A DNA stretch of 63,726 bases from Candidatus Kaiserbacteria bacterium (GCA_020428905.1 JAGQLY010000002.1:1-63726), one strand, 5' to 3'; shown: positions 37,051 to 47,118, counted from the stretch's first letter. The notes: generated by a model not told the origin, from the sequence alone. Numbers and translations are program-made.

Positions 37051-38761
37051 ATGACACAATATGGTCTTCGAATGCAGTATCGCTTGCTTCGGGTGTCGTG
37101 GTTTCCACGGCCTCTTTCTTACTGAGATCAACTACACGCTCGAGTTCGTCGAGTGAAGTGATACCGGCAAGCACCTTCATGATACCGTCTTGTTGCATAT
37201 TCGGAATGTTCTGCGGGGCAGCTGCTTCATTAATGTTGTGTTCACGGGGATCGGCAATGATTGCGGCTTCGACGGCCTCAGTAATAACAATCGCCTCGTA
37301 GATACCGGTACGCCCCTTATATCCGCTGTTGCCACACTGGTCGCATCCCTTCGCGTCGAAGATAGTATGCAGTGCAACTGGTTGGTCCATGATACGCGCA
37401 ATCAATTTTTGTTCTTCGGTAGTGGTCTCGCGCGAAACACGACAGTGCTCGCAGAGTCGGCGCACCAGGCGCTGCCCAAGCACCACGTTGAAGCCGCTTC
37501 CGATCATGCGTGGATCGATACCGAGGTTAATGAGGCGGGGAAAGGCACCGGCGGCGCTATTGGTGTGGAGTGTTGAGAATACGAGGTGTCCGGTGAGTGC
37601 TGCGTGCAGCGCGGTCTCAGCAACTTCGCGATCGCGAATCTCACCCACCATGATGATATCTGGGTCTTGGCGCACCACGGCACGGAGTCCCGAGGCAAAG
37701 GTATAGCCGTCGCTTACTTGTGTCTGCACAATGCCGGGCAGTTTGTATTCAACCGGGTCTTCAATGGTTACAATCTTTACTTCAGGACTGTGTACACTCT
37801 GCAAGAATGCGTAGAGCGCGGTGGTCTTTCCGCTTCCGGTCGGGCCGGTCGTGATAATGGCTCCATGCGGCCGCTTCAGTTCTTCTTGCATTACCTCGTC
37901 GAGTCGCGCATTGAGGCCGAGACGGTCAAGCTTGAAGGCTGACGCATCGGGATCGAGAAGTCGCATCACAATCGATTCACCAAACGATCCGGGAATAATC
38001 GACGAACGAACCTCAACTTTGCGGCTCCCGACGTCGAAGGTGAAACGGCCATCTTGCGCTTCGTCGTGTATGTTGAGTTTTAGACCCGAGAGCAACTTAA
38101 GGCGGGAGAGGATTTTTTGGTAGGGGTGCGGTTCAAAGTCCACAATATCCCAGAGCACACCATCAAGGCGGTACCGCACGCGTACCGCCGCAGACTCAGG
38201 TTCGATGTGTACGTCGGATGCCTTAAGTGCAAGTGCACCACCAAAGATAACCTCAAGGGCGCGTGAGGTGCTGTCCGCTTTGTTCTCACTACTAATGGCA
38301 CGAATAAGCTCGGGTACGTCAAGCGGTGCGTGGATTTTGTTTGCAAGCTCCGCAATGCGTTCGGTATCAACATCCAAAACACCATGAGCGCTCGCTGCCG
38401 TGTGTTTGATGTCCTTATAGCGTTCCCAGGCGTGTTCGAGGCTGCTTAGAGAGACGACGTACACAATGGGCTCGAGGGATTGTTTTTGAAATGATTCGAG
38501 AATCTCTTGTGTTGTCGGAGAAAGGGGATTGCGTACGGCGACAGAGACGGATTGGTTGCCATGTTTAAACACCACAAGCTCAGCACGACGTGCCGCTGCC
38601 TCAGTCACCAGCTGGAGCGCTTCGGGGTCGATGCTCACGTCTCCGAGGTCGGCATACTGGTAACCCTGTTGTGTAGCGGTGCGCTGGATAAGCGCCTCCT
38701 CCTCGCGGTGGTGGAGTTCGGCTACTTTTGCATCCTCACGAGTGCTATCAAACTGGGCCAT
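37049..38761 (-). CDS. pilB: Type IV pilus assembly ATPase PilB (GspE/T2SSE family)
   Basis: 570 aa. Walker A (TGPTGSGKTT), GEIRD, TGHLVFSTLHTN, and the CxxC...CxxC tetracysteine (CEHCR...CDQCGNSGYKGR). Confidence 0.9.
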   Translation of the reverse strand: MAQFDSTREDAKVAELHHREEEALIQRTATQQGYQYADLGDVSIDPEALQLVTEAAARRAELVVFKHGNQSVSVAVRNPLSPTTQEILESFQKQSLEPIVYVVSLSSLEHAWERYKDIKHTAASAHGVLDVDTERIAELANKIHAPLDVPELIRAISSENKADSTSRALEVIFGGALALKASDVHIEPESAAVRVRYRLDGVLWDIVDFEPHPYQKILSRLKLLSGLKLNIHDEAQDGRFTFDVGSRKVEVRSSIIPGSFGESIVMRLLDPDASAFKLDRLGLNARLDEVMQEELKRPHGAIITTGPTGSGKTTALYAFLQSVHSPEVKIVTIEDPVEYKLPGIVQTQVSDGYTFASGLRAVVRQDPDIIMVGEIRDREVAETALHAALTGHLVFSTLHTNSAAGAFPRLINLGIDPRMIGSGFNVVLGQRLVRRLCEHCRVSRETTTEEQKLIARIMDQPVALHTIFDAKGCDQCGNSGYKGRTGIYEAIVITEAVEAAIIADPREHNINEAAAPQNIPNMQQDGIMKVLAGITSLDELERVVDLSKKEAVETTTPEASDTAFEDHIVS

Positions 38762-38819
38762 ACGTACCCACCTATCGTACCATGCACACCCCCTCGAAAG
38801 GGGTGTGTGTGGGAAATAC

Positions 38820-38848
38820 TTGATTTTTTATATAAAATATGATATAAT
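38820..38848 (+). promoter_or_regulatory. Putative promoter of the GC-rich lipoprotein gene
   Basis: TTGATT (38820-38825), 17-nt spacer, TATAAT (38843-38848). An AAAGGAGGTG Shine-Dalgarno follows, ahead of the ATG at 38891. Confidence 0.5.
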
Positions 38849-38890
38849 TAAATATAGAGGCCCTTCCCCACCACCAAAGGAGGTGCGGCA

Positions 38891-39388
38891 ATGAACAGGC
38901 AGATTTTATTCCTCCTGGCGGCAGCGAGTCTACTGCCAGGGTGTGGCAGTATCGCCATGTACGGTGGCCACCATACGGTGACCACCTCGAGCGGCGGGTA
39001 CGGCCGCGCGGCACCAGCGTTGCTGCAGGCGGATTGCCCACTGCGGTACGACGCGTGCCGCGACAGCCATAATCGGGTACGGGACATGGCCGCCCCGTAC
39101 CCGAAGCGTATCGTGTTGACGCGCGATATGCTGCTCCGGGCTCCGGGACATCTCCGTACCGGCAACTGGAGTTGCTGGTACCCGGGGATCGAAAACGGCC
39201 GGGTCACCCTGGACCCGGTGCCGGTCTGTTATGACCGGACGGAGCGGTTTTCATCCCGCCCACCGGAGGCAATGGAGTGCTTTCTTGTGGTTTCGGGAAG
39301 AAACCGCACCCAAGGAGGTGGTGGTCTCGACATCCCGGGACCTATGGCGTATCAATGCGGCCAGTATGTGCCGCGCAATACGTGGTAG
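38891..39388 (+). CDS. Hypothetical lipoprotein, compositionally atypical (GC-rich)
   Basis: The lipobox is in MNRQILFLLAAASLLPGC. There is a strong Shine-Dalgarno, a dedicated promoter and a terminator. Two 60-nt samples inside the ORF that I counted gave 38 and 37 G+C. Confidence 0.6.
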   Translation: MNRQILFLLAAASLLPGCGSIAMYGGHHTVTTSSGGYGRAAPALLQADCPLRYDACRDSHNRVRDMAAPYPKRIVLTRDMLLRAPGHLRTGNWSCWYPGIENGRVTLDPVPVCYDRTERFSSRPPEAMECFLVVSGRNRTQGGGGLDIPGPMAYQCGQYVPRNTW

Positions 39389-39399
39389 GCCCCCCTCAC

Positions 39400-39434
39400 A
39401 GTCCCTAACGCATGGAATGCGTTGGGGACTTTTT
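39400..39434 (+). terminator. Rho-independent terminator after the lipoprotein gene
   Basis: AGTCCCTAACGCA-TGGAA-TGCGTTGGGGACT (13 bp with one G-U pair), followed by TTTT. Confidence 0.85.
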
Positions 39435-39498
39435 CATTTGTGTTCTAATACACCACGTGCGTTCGGTCGGTGGTAGAATGTCCGAAAGCAAATGCAAT

Positions 39499-39936
39499 AT
39501 GAAGACCACCACTGTTCGTACACCAGAAGAAATGGAGCCGATTGCCCGCGAGGTGCTTGAGCGCTTCGGGGCAGGTAGTGTTGCAGCGGTGATCGCGCTC
39601 TCAGGAGAGCTTGGTGTTGGCAAAACCATATTTACCAAAGCACTCGCACAAGTGCTTGGTGTTACCGAACACATCACCAGCCCAACATTTGTGGTCATGA
39701 AGCAGTACGCGACGACGCATCCGGTGTTTAAAAAACTCATACACATTGATGCGTACCGCGTCGAAGATCTTGAGGAGATGCGAGTCATCGATCTTCCGCG
39801 ACTGCTTGAAGAGGAGGGAAGTGTGCTTTGTATTGAGTGGCCGGAACGTATTGCCGCGATGATTCCCGAGCGCGCATGCAGGGTCACCATCGCATCTCTT
39901 GATGAACATACACGGACAGTAACTTATGGCGACTAA
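39499..39936 (+). CDS. tsaE: tRNA t6A37 threonylcarbamoyl-transfer ATPase TsaE
   Basis: VIALSGELGVGKTIFTKALAQVLG...ITSPTFVVMKQY...HIDAYRV. The start is uncertain. The ATG at 39478 is also possible, but it overlaps a TAGAAT -10-like hexamer. Confidence 0.8.
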   Translation: MKTTTVRTPEEMEPIAREVLERFGAGSVAAVIALSGELGVGKTIFTKALAQVLGVTEHITSPTFVVMKQYATTHPVFKKLIHIDAYRVEDLEEMRVIDLPRLLEEEGSVLCIEWPERIAAMIPERACRVTIASLDEHTRTVTYGD

Positions 39937-42331
39937 CACACCAACAAAGAAGAAAGCAGTGCCAACACGCACCCTCGTGTTGCTTGACGCGCATGCTATT
40001 TTGCACCGAGCATACCACGCACTTCCTGATTTCACCTCACCCAGCGGAGAGCCCACCGGTGCGCTCTACGGCGTGGTGGCGATGTTGTTGAAAATTCTTG
40101 AAGAACTGAAACCAGACTACCTTGCTGCCTGTTATGATCTTCCCGAGCCGACGTATCGTCACGAGGTCTATAAAGAATATAAGGCGGGCCGTGCCAAAAC
40201 CGAGGACGCACTTGTTGAACAGATCGGTCGTTCGCGGGATATTTTTACCGCATTTGGTATTCCTATCTTTGAACACCCAGGGTTTGAGGCAGACGATATT
40301 TTGGGTACGATCGTCGCAGAAACAAGAAAAGAAAAAGACCTTAAGGTCGTTATCGCGTCAGGTGACATGGACACACTCCAGTTGGTCGAGGGTACACGCG
40401 TGTCCGTATACACTCTTCGAAAGGGTATTAAGGACACAGTGCTGTATGACGAGAAGGCAGTTGAGAAACGGTTTGGGTTTGGACCAACACTGGTCCCCGA
40501 CTACAAAGGACTTCGCGGCGATCCGTCAGACAATATTCCTGGGGTGCGCGGCATCGGCGAGAAAACAGCCATTGAACTCATCACTGGTTTTGGTGATCTC
40601 GACGCCATCTATGCAAAACTCAAAAAGACACCGACCGCCTTTGAAAAGAAGGGTATTCGCACGCGGGTACTGACGCTACTCACTGAGCAAGAAGAGGACG
40701 CACAATTTTCAAAAATGCTTGCCACCATTCGCACCGACGCCCCGATACAGTTTAGTCTGCCGACACAAACCTGGCGCGAGAAGCTCTCGACAGAGACGGT
40801 GCTTACGCTTTTTGATGAGCTCGGGTTTCGCACACTTGCGGCACGGGTGCAGATGCTCTTTGGCGGCGGAGTAAGCGCACTGCCCGCGTCGGTGGATGAG
40901 CGTGCACTCAAGGAGGCAGTCATTGGTCTTTGGCTCCTTGAGTCAGACACCACAAATCCAACACTGGAAGACGTACTCTCCTATGGGCGGCAGGTGTGCA
41001 AAGCAACGACGTTTGAAGACGCGCGCGCCTGCATTGCCGAAGGTCTCAAGAAAGAAAAGCTCGAGGAACTCTTTCGTACCGTGGAGCTTCCGCTTATCGC
41101 AGTGCTTGAGGCAATGCAGGCGCGCGGGATTACCCTCAACACCGCGTACCTTAAGGACCTTTCACACACCATGCACGCTGAGCTCATGGCGCTCGAGAAG
41201 GACATTTACAAACTTGCGGGCACTGAATTCAATATCAACTCACCCAAACAACTTGGCGAGATTCTCTACGATACTCTCGGGCTCAAACCGAAAAACCAAA
41301 AGAAAACGGCAACCGGGCAGCGTTCAACGCGAGAGTCAGAGCTTGGGAAGTTGCGTGAAGAGCACACAATCATCCCCGCAGTGCTCCGTTATCGCGAACT
41401 TCAAAAGCTTGTCTCCACATACATCGACACGCTGCCGACGATGGTTGGGAAAGATGGTCGCCTCCACACCACCTTTCTTCAGGCAGGGACAACCACGGGG
41501 CGCATGGCGTCGAAAGACCCCAATATCCAAAACATTCCTATCCGTACCGAAGAGGGGCGTGCAATACGGCAGGCCTTTACTGCAACGAAAGGTATGCAGC
41601 TGGTGGCAATAGATTATTCGCAGGTCGAACTTCGTGTTGCGGCGTTTCTCTCGGGAGACCAAAAAATGATTGAGATTTTTAAGGCGGGCGAGGACGTTCA
41701 CCGCGGTGTTGCTTCGCGGGTATTTGGGGTGCCGCAGGATGGGGTAACTGCCGACATGCGCCGTCGCGCAAAGGTCATTAATTTCGGCATTCTCTATGGT
41801 ATGGGGGTCAATGCGCTTCGTGTCAATCTTGGGGAGGATACTACGCGCGGGGAGGCGCAGGAATTTCTTAACGCCTATTTCTCTACCTTTACACGCCTCG
41901 CTGAGTACCTTGAAGAAACTAAAGCACATGCGCGCCTGCATGGCTACACGAAGACCTATTTTGGACGCAAGCGGCATTTTCCCGGGAGCACCTCGAGTGT
42001 GCCGTTTATTCGAGCACAGGCGGAACGTATGGCCATCAATGCTCCGGTGCAGGGTACGGCTGCTGACATCACCCGCATTGCTATGGTGCGTGCGCACGAG
42101 TACCTCGCGACACAAAAAGACGCTGCCTACATGTTACTCCAAGTACACGACGAATTAGTATTTGAGGTTGAGAAAGAGAGACTTGCCGAAATTGTCCCAA
42201 AGCTCGTCTCAAGTATGGAGGACGCCTTGAGCCTTAAAGAAACAAGTGGCGTGCCACTCCGAGTTGAAGTGAAGGTGGGAGATGATTGGAATAATATGAA
42301 TGCATACAAGGTAATGAAAAAGAACGGATAG
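39926..42331 (+). CDS. polA: DNA polymerase I (5' nuclease + polymerase domains)
   Basis: LLDAHAILHRAYHAL, DNIPGVRGIGEKTA, DYSQVELRV, RRRAKVINFGILYGM, QVHDELVFE. At 801 aa it is shorter than E. coli Pol I. Confidence 0.9.
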   Translation: MATNTPTKKKAVPTRTLVLLDAHAILHRAYHALPDFTSPSGEPTGALYGVVAMLLKILEELKPDYLAACYDLPEPTYRHEVYKEYKAGRAKTEDALVEQIGRSRDIFTAFGIPIFEHPGFEADDILGTIVAETRKEKDLKVVIASGDMDTLQLVEGTRVSVYTLRKGIKDTVLYDEKAVEKRFGFGPTLVPDYKGLRGDPSDNIPGVRGIGEKTAIELITGFGDLDAIYAKLKKTPTAFEKKGIRTRVLTLLTEQEEDAQFSKMLATIRTDAPIQFSLPTQTWREKLSTETVLTLFDELGFRTLAARVQMLFGGGVSALPASVDERALKEAVIGLWLLESDTTNPTLEDVLSYGRQVCKATTFEDARACIAEGLKKEKLEELFRTVELPLIAVLEAMQARGITLNTAYLKDLSHTMHAELMALEKDIYKLAGTEFNINSPKQLGEILYDTLGLKPKNQKKTATGQRSTRESELGKLREEHTIIPAVLRYRELQKLVSTYIDTLPTMVGKDGRLHTTFLQAGTTTGRMASKDPNIQNIPIRTEEGRAIRQAFTATKGMQLVAIDYSQVELRVAAFLSGDQKMIEIFKAGEDVHRGVASRVFGVPQDGVTADMRRRAKVINFGILYGMGVNALRVNLGEDTTRGEAQEFLNAYFSTFTRLAEYLEETKAHARLHGYTKTYFGRKRHFPGSTSSVPFIRAQAERMAINAPVQGTAADITRIAMVRAHEYLATQKDAAYMLLQVHDELVFEVEKERLAEIVPKLVSSMEDALSLKETSGVPLRVEVKVGDDWNNMNAYKVMKKNG

Positions 42332-42333
42332 AT

Positions 42334-43038
42334 ATGCTTATCGCATTTTATGGAACAGACACGTCACGCGTGCGCCAGGAAGCGCAGGCATATAGTGCTG
42401 CTCACACTACTGAAGAGACGGTGGCCGAGCAGTTCTCTCCTGATACGTACGTTGTGGGGAGTGTCTCCGGTGCTGTTGGTGCGACGTCACTCTTTGGAAA
42501 CTCGCGCCTCATCGTTATTGATACTCCATCCGAAGACCCCGACATGTTCGCAGAAGTGTGGCAGGCACTGTCGATGTGTGCAGCGTCTCCCCATACAGTT
42601 GTACTTATCGAGTCTGGGCTCGACGCACCGGAACGAAAGGCGCTCGAGAAACATGCAGATGAGTGTACTGCGTACGCGTTGCCGGCAAAGAAGGAGGCGA
42701 GTAACATCTTTAGTCTTGCTGATGCGCTCACCGCTCGGAACAAGAGAGCGCTCTGGACGGGGGTGGTATCGGCACTTCGCAACGGCTCCTCGGGCGAAGA
42801 AATTATCGGTACACTGCTGTGGCAACTGAAGGTGCTTCGCCTTGCACGACAAACGGAAGGTCCCGATGAAGCAGGACAAAAACCATTTGTATACAACAAA
42901 GCTAAGCGCACGCTTCAGAACTTTAAAGAGGGAGAGCTTGAGAAGTTTTCACGTGAACTTCTATCGATTTACCATGACGGACATCGCGGAAAGCGAGATA
43001 TTGAGGTGGCGTTGGAGCGATGGATGCTTTCGATATAA
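42334..43038 (+). CDS. holA: DNA polymerase III delta subunit-like (short HolA)
   Basis: 234 aa. LFGNSRLIVI ... IFSLADALTARNKRALW ... LLWQLKVLRLA resembles delta-subunit domains I-III. Lies directly after polA. Confidence 0.55.
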   Translation: MLIAFYGTDTSRVRQEAQAYSAAHTTEETVAEQFSPDTYVVGSVSGAVGATSLFGNSRLIVIDTPSEDPDMFAEVWQALSMCAASPHTVVLIESGLDAPERKALEKHADECTAYALPAKKEASNIFSLADALTARNKRALWTGVVSALRNGSSGEEIIGTLLWQLKVLRLARQTEGPDEAGQKPFVYNKAKRTLQNFKEGELEKFSRELLSIYHDGHRGKRDIEVALERWMLSI

Positions 43039-43119
43039 ACGAAACGCCCGACGAATCGGGTGATTCATCGGGTGTCACTGCTTGGTGACCTGAACGCCCT
43101 CGCCAAGCGGTTTTTATGC

Positions 43120-43195
43120 TGGTCCGCCCACCAGGGATCGAACCTGGGACCCTCAGCTTAAAAGGCTGCTGCTCTACCGGCTGAGCTATGGGCGG
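43120..43195 (-). tRNA. tRNA-Lys (anticodon UUU), CCA encoded
   Basis: Manual cloverleaf: acceptor CCGCCCA/UGGGCGG, U8, A14, G18G19, anticodon arm GCAGC-CUUUUAA-GCUGA, T arm CCAGG-UUCGAUC-CCUGG, then ACCA. Confidence 0.85.
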
Positions 43196-43259
43196 ATGAT
43201 GATTACGTGTGCGCAAGCAAAAAGACTATACCACAGCGAAGGGTAAAGTCGAGAATTTT

Positions 43260-43658
43260 TTAAATCGGTAGGTCAAATGCGAAGATGCCGGCGCCGGTGA
43301 TAAAAAGTGAAAGTGATGCCGCAAGAAGCAGAATATAAAAGGTGCGGTCGGGGATATGTGGTGATGGAAAGCGGGTGTAGCGGATGAGCATATATAGTGA
43401 AAGGACAATCCCCGCGAGCGCGGCTGCTTGGGTGTAGAGACCAACAACAAAGAGTGTACCGATAACAACCTCAAGGTAGCCAAAGAGCAGTACGAGCATG
43501 GTGCTGTATCGTCCAAAGGAGAAGCCGCGGAGGGGGAGTAAATCGACGCGACGCACGATGTGTGTGTACCCGATCCGAACCAAAAGGGCGCCCACGATAA
43601 TACGAAGTATTGCGTACGCGATAAGCGACAAAAACTGAATAGGGAATAGATTCAACAT
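43260..43658 (-). CDS. DoxX-like small membrane protein
   Basis: 132 aa counting from MLNLFPIQF. Four hydrophobic helices (ILRIIVGALLV, LVLLFGYLEVVIGTLFVVGLYTQ, ...). Confidence 0.5.
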   Translation of the reverse strand: MLNLFPIQFLSLIAYAILRIIVGALLVRIGYTHIVRRVDLLPLRGFSFGRYSTMLVLLFGYLEVVIGTLFVVGLYTQAAALAGIVLSLYMLIRYTRFPSPHIPDRTFYILLLAASLSLFITGAGIFAFDLPI

Positions 43659-43682
43659 AGGATTTCTGCTAGTGTAGCACAC

Positions 43683-44162
43683 ATGCAGTACGTGATTCTT
43701 GAAGATATTAGAAGCGCTCACAATGTCGGGGCAATATTCCGCACGGCAGATGGTGCGGGAGTAGCCAAGATATGTCTCGTCGGGTACACACCCTTGCCCA
43801 CCGACCGTTTTGGTCGGGTGCAGTCGGATATTCACAAGACGTCACTTGGTGCCGCGGACACGGTTCCGTGGGAGTGGTACATCGACAGCGTTTCCTGTAT
43901 CGCATCACTCAAGAAAGAGGGGGTCGCTGTTGTTGCGGTGGAACAGGCCTCCGAAGCTATTCCGTACTATACCTACAAACCTTCCGAGCACACAGCGTAT
44001 GTTTTTGGGAATGAAGTGACCGGTGTGGCGAAGGAGACGCTCCGTGTCACTGATGCGATTATCGATATACCGATGTATGGTGCAAAGGAATCCCTTAATG
44101 TAGCGACCGCGACAGGCATTGTTCTATTTAACGCAAAAGCACAGACGCTCCCACGGAGCTAA
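43683..44162 (+). CDS. SpoU/TrmH-family RNA 2'-O-methyltransferase
   Basis: IRSAHNVGAIFRTADGAGV ... YVFGNEVTGV ... IPMYGAKESLNVATATGIVLF. Confidence 0.85.
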   Translation: MQYVILEDIRSAHNVGAIFRTADGAGVAKICLVGYTPLPTDRFGRVQSDIHKTSLGAADTVPWEWYIDSVSCIASLKKEGVAVVAVEQASEAIPYYTYKPSEHTAYVFGNEVTGVAKETLRVTDAIIDIPMYGAKESLNVATATGIVLFNAKAQTLPRS

Positions 44163-45070
44163 TACTCCAAAATTGCGACGACTCGGTCGTGTTCATCTAT
44201 GAGACGAATAATTTCGCGCTTACTCCGCCAAAGCGTTTCATCTTTTTCTAGATAAATATACCAGCTTCCATATTTGGTAAACCCGGGCTCAGAACGGTGG
44301 TTTTCGACACAGCCGACGTAGTTGAGATTGTCTTCAACGAATCGTTCGCAGGCGTGGTTGATGCGGGCCCTACTCATATCACGGTCGTTAGGAAGCTCAC
44401 AGGTGTAGAGACTTTCGATGTAGTCATAGCAGCGATCATTGTCGAGCGCGATGTTGCCATAGAGAACCATATCATTTTTAGCGCTTGGGCAGCTGCGATA
44501 GAGACTGGGGTAAAAAGTGTCTTCCTCAGCGAGGTAGCCGGTACATCGATTTTCTCGAAAGGAACTATGAAGTGGTGACTCACCGGTGATGAGGTACGCC
44601 GTGCTTCCCGGCTCAAGAACGACATTTTCAGAGGCTCGATCGAGCGGTCGTGAAAGCACGCGGACGCCAAGCGGGAGTCCCACTCGTTCGTCAGAGACCA
44701 CGCTTTCAAGATACCAGTCAGAAATAGCAATCGGTACGTTTGCGTCGTGCGCAAGAGTGAGGATGAGGTACTCGTAGTCCGGGTCGGTGCCGCCGATATA
44801 GCCGCGGTGCAAGGTCACGTTTTCAGCGTAGGGTGATGCCGGCTGCCTGAGCTCATAGGAATCAATTTCGTCTTGGAGATCACGTGCGTCGTCATAGAGT
44901 GAGATGAGCTCGTTCTCTATGTCTCTACGCTCACGGGTATCGGCCTGTATCACTACCTCCTGGTTTCCACTGCCCGCGTCTTCCGTTAGGTCGGTGTATT
45001 CAGGAGGATTTGCTTGCAGTGCAAGGACAAGTACGATGATTCCCACTGCGATAGCGATTCCATTAAGCAT
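44159..45070 (-). CDS. Membrane-anchored LTD-like protein with 6-Cys C-terminal module (paralogue of 7308-8255)
   Basis: N-terminal TM helix. YEYLILTLAHDANVPIAISDWYLES, then FRENRCTGYL..RSCP..DRCY..TCE..HACERF..VGCV..IRLIDEHDRVVAILEY. Confidence 0.6.
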   Translation of the reverse strand: MLNGIAIAVGIIVLVLALQANPPEYTDLTEDAGSGNQEVVIQADTRERRDIENELISLYDDARDLQDEIDSYELRQPASPYAENVTLHRGYIGGTDPDYEYLILTLAHDANVPIAISDWYLESVVSDERVGLPLGVRVLSRPLDRASENVVLEPGSTAYLITGESPLHSSFRENRCTGYLAEEDTFYPSLYRSCPSAKNDMVLYGNIALDNDRCYDYIESLYTCELPNDRDMSRARINHACERFVEDNLNYVGCVENHRSEPGFTKYGSWYIYLEKDETLWRSKREIIRLIDEHDRVVAILEY

Positions 45071-45074
45071 AGTG

Positions 45075-46406
45075 TTACTTTTTTATTCCGCCCCCGTAGA
45101 GTGCCGCCATTTCTTGCTGTACCACCTTTGCATCACTCCAGGGCGTCTTGGTGTTGTGTGGACCCATGATGTACGGGTCGGTGCCCTTTCCTGAGATAAG
45201 CACGACGCTCTGATTAGGAGCGCGCTCAAGCGCGCTGCGAATAGCGGTACGACGATCCATTACGGTGGTGAGTTTCGACTCGTCGTCAATGCCGCGCGCC
45301 ATGTCGGCGATAATTTTTTCAGGGTCTTCGTCGTAAGGGTCTTCGTTCGTAAGGAAAACATGCTCACAGTATTGTTCGGCGATGCGTCCCATTTCAGGAC
45401 GCTTCCAGACATCACGACCGCCGCCGGTATTGCCGAGGACACAGATTTTGGTCTCTTTTTCAAAGGCTTGATAGAGCTTCTCGAGTGAGTCGGGCGTATG
45501 TGCATAATCGACAATGGCAGTGATCTTTTTTTCAGCACCTTTTGGCGAGACGAAGCGTTCAACACGTCCGCGGATTGGAGGCAGATGTGCAAGTGCGCCG
45601 ATGGCGGTCTTTAGCGGTACACCAAACGCCTGCGCGCAGGTGAGTGCTGCGAGCGTATTGTATACATTGAATTTTCCCACAAGCGGCACGCGGATTGTGG
45701 TGCCGTCGATGACGAGACTGATGTCGTCTTTGTTTAGGGTGTAGAGTTCGAGATCGTCAAGACCGTATCCAATAGCGCGCTCGACAGCCGCTGAGAGGAA
45801 TGCTGCTCCGTGGTCGTCGTCTCGATTGGCGATCATGTAGCGTGGACGCTTCTTCGATTCCTCGAGGGTGGTCTTAAGCTTAAGCTTTGCGGCGACGTAC
45901 TTTTCAAACGATCCATGTGATTCGATGTGTTCGGGTGAGAGGTTGGTAAACACCAGTGCATCAAGGTGAATGTGGCGGTGACGAAACTGCACCACGCCCT
46001 CTGAAGTCATCTCGACAATGGCAACTTCACACCCGGCATTAACTGCATCACGCAAAAACTTTTGCATGAAGAAGCGTCCCGGCATCGTCATTTTATACAA
46101 ATTGCGCTCGCTCTTTTCGCCGATCTTAAAACGGATTGTACTTGCCAGCGCAGTGCGTTTCCCGTCGGCCTCAAAAAGTGCGTTCAAAAGCTCCACCACC
46201 GAGGACTTACCCTTGGTGCCGGTCACACCGATGACGGTGATTTCTTTCGAAGGGAAGCGGTATCGGTAGGCGCCGAATGTAGCGAGAAGAAAGTGGTAGG
46301 GAGGCTGTGCGAGTCGAAAAAGCGAACGAGGAATGAGACGTTTGATGTAGTAAAGCACCGTGTCCATAGGTGAATAGAGCATACCCGAGAACGTGACTAG
46401 ATTCAA
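45075..46406 (-). CDS. Mur ligase family protein (MurE-like)
   Basis: VIGVTGTKGKSSVVELL, VEMTSEG, DYAHTPDSL, LTNEDPYDEDP. The start codon is uncertain: the ORF opens at TTG. Confidence 0.8.
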   Translation of the reverse strand: MNLVTFSGMLYSPMDTVLYYIKRLIPRSLFRLAQPPYHFLLATFGAYRYRFPSKEITVIGVTGTKGKSSVVELLNALFEADGKRTALASTIRFKIGEKSERNLYKMTMPGRFFMQKFLRDAVNAGCEVAIVEMTSEGVVQFRHRHIHLDALVFTNLSPEHIESHGSFEKYVAAKLKLKTTLEESKKRPRYMIANRDDDHGAAFLSAAVERAIGYGLDDLELYTLNKDDISLVIDGTTIRVPLVGKFNVYNTLAALTCAQAFGVPLKTAIGALAHLPPIRGRVERFVSPKGAEKKITAIVDYAHTPDSLEKLYQAFEKETKICVLGNTGGGRDVWKRPEMGRIAEQYCEHVFLTNEDPYDEDPEKIIADMARGIDDESKLTTVMDRRTAIRSALERAPNQSVVLISGKGTDPYIMGPHNTKTPWSDAKVVQQEMAALYGGGIKK

Positions 46407-46436
46407 ACGGGTGTCTGTTGGTGGAGGACGCTGTTG

Positions 46437-47018
46437 CTACGACCCGACCTGCTTGAGCGCTGCGGTGATGCGATCGCGGGTGTCGATAATATCCCTAGGG
46501 ATATTTTTCAGGGCCTCGCGCGCGTCACGCTCGGAGTAGCCAAGTGCAAGGAGTGCATCGATAACATCGGTATCGGCTCCGTGTTCGGGATGGTTCTTGC
46601 CCACAACCGCACCAGGGAAGTGATCAACGAGACCAGAGACGATTTTCTCGGCGCTTTTCTTTCCAATGCCGGACATTTTTGACAGGTGAGTTGCATCCCC
46701 GGTGCAAATCGCATGTTCCAATGTTGTTGCAGACGCCTGAGAGAGGATTGAGAGTGCTGATTTCGGGCCTATTTTAGGGAGAGTGAGAAGAAGTTCGAAC
46801 ATGGTTAGGTCTGCATACTGGAGAAATCCATAGAGATCAAGGGCGTTTTCGCGCACCGCCAAGTGGGTATACAGCGAAAGTTCATCCGATTCCGATATGT
46901 CAGCGAGGGAGGGAAGGGGGAGAAAAAGTTTGTAGCCCACACCATGTACGTCGAGCACTATAGTGGTCTCATGAACAGCAAGAATGGTGCCGGTGAGTCG
47001 AGCGATCATATGTGCCAA
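46437..47018 (-). CDS. ruvA: Holliday junction DNA helicase subunit RuvA
   Basis: MIARLTGTI...VVLDVHGVGYKLF ... LLLTLPKIGPKSALSIL ... MSGIGKKSAEKIV. Confidence 0.9.
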   Translation of the reverse strand: MAHMIARLTGTILAVHETTIVLDVHGVGYKLFLPLPSLADISESDELSLYTHLAVRENALDLYGFLQYADLTMFELLLTLPKIGPKSALSILSQASATTLEHAICTGDATHLSKMSGIGKKSAEKIVSGLVDHFPGAVVGKNHPEHGADTDVIDALLALGYSERDAREALKNIPRDIIDTRDRITAALKQVGS

Positions 47019-47118
47019 TCGTAGCGTTTATTTCAGGGAAAGACAACAGCGCACCGCCGTAGGTGTCGCGCTTTCCACACAATGCACACACCGAAGGGGC
47101 ATATACCGCTATACTAAT

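Noticed and set aside
38772-39207. Minus-strand ORFs of 89 and 119 aa opposite the lipoprotein gene
   Set aside because: They are typical multi-frame openness of GC-rich DNA. The plus-strand ORF has a promoter, Shine-Dalgarno, lipobox and terminator.
41336-42115. 259-aa minus-strand ORF inside polA
   Set aside because: It is antisense to unmistakable Pol I motifs (DYSQVELRV, QVHDELVFE). The translation is Arg/Cys/His-rich with no family resemblance.
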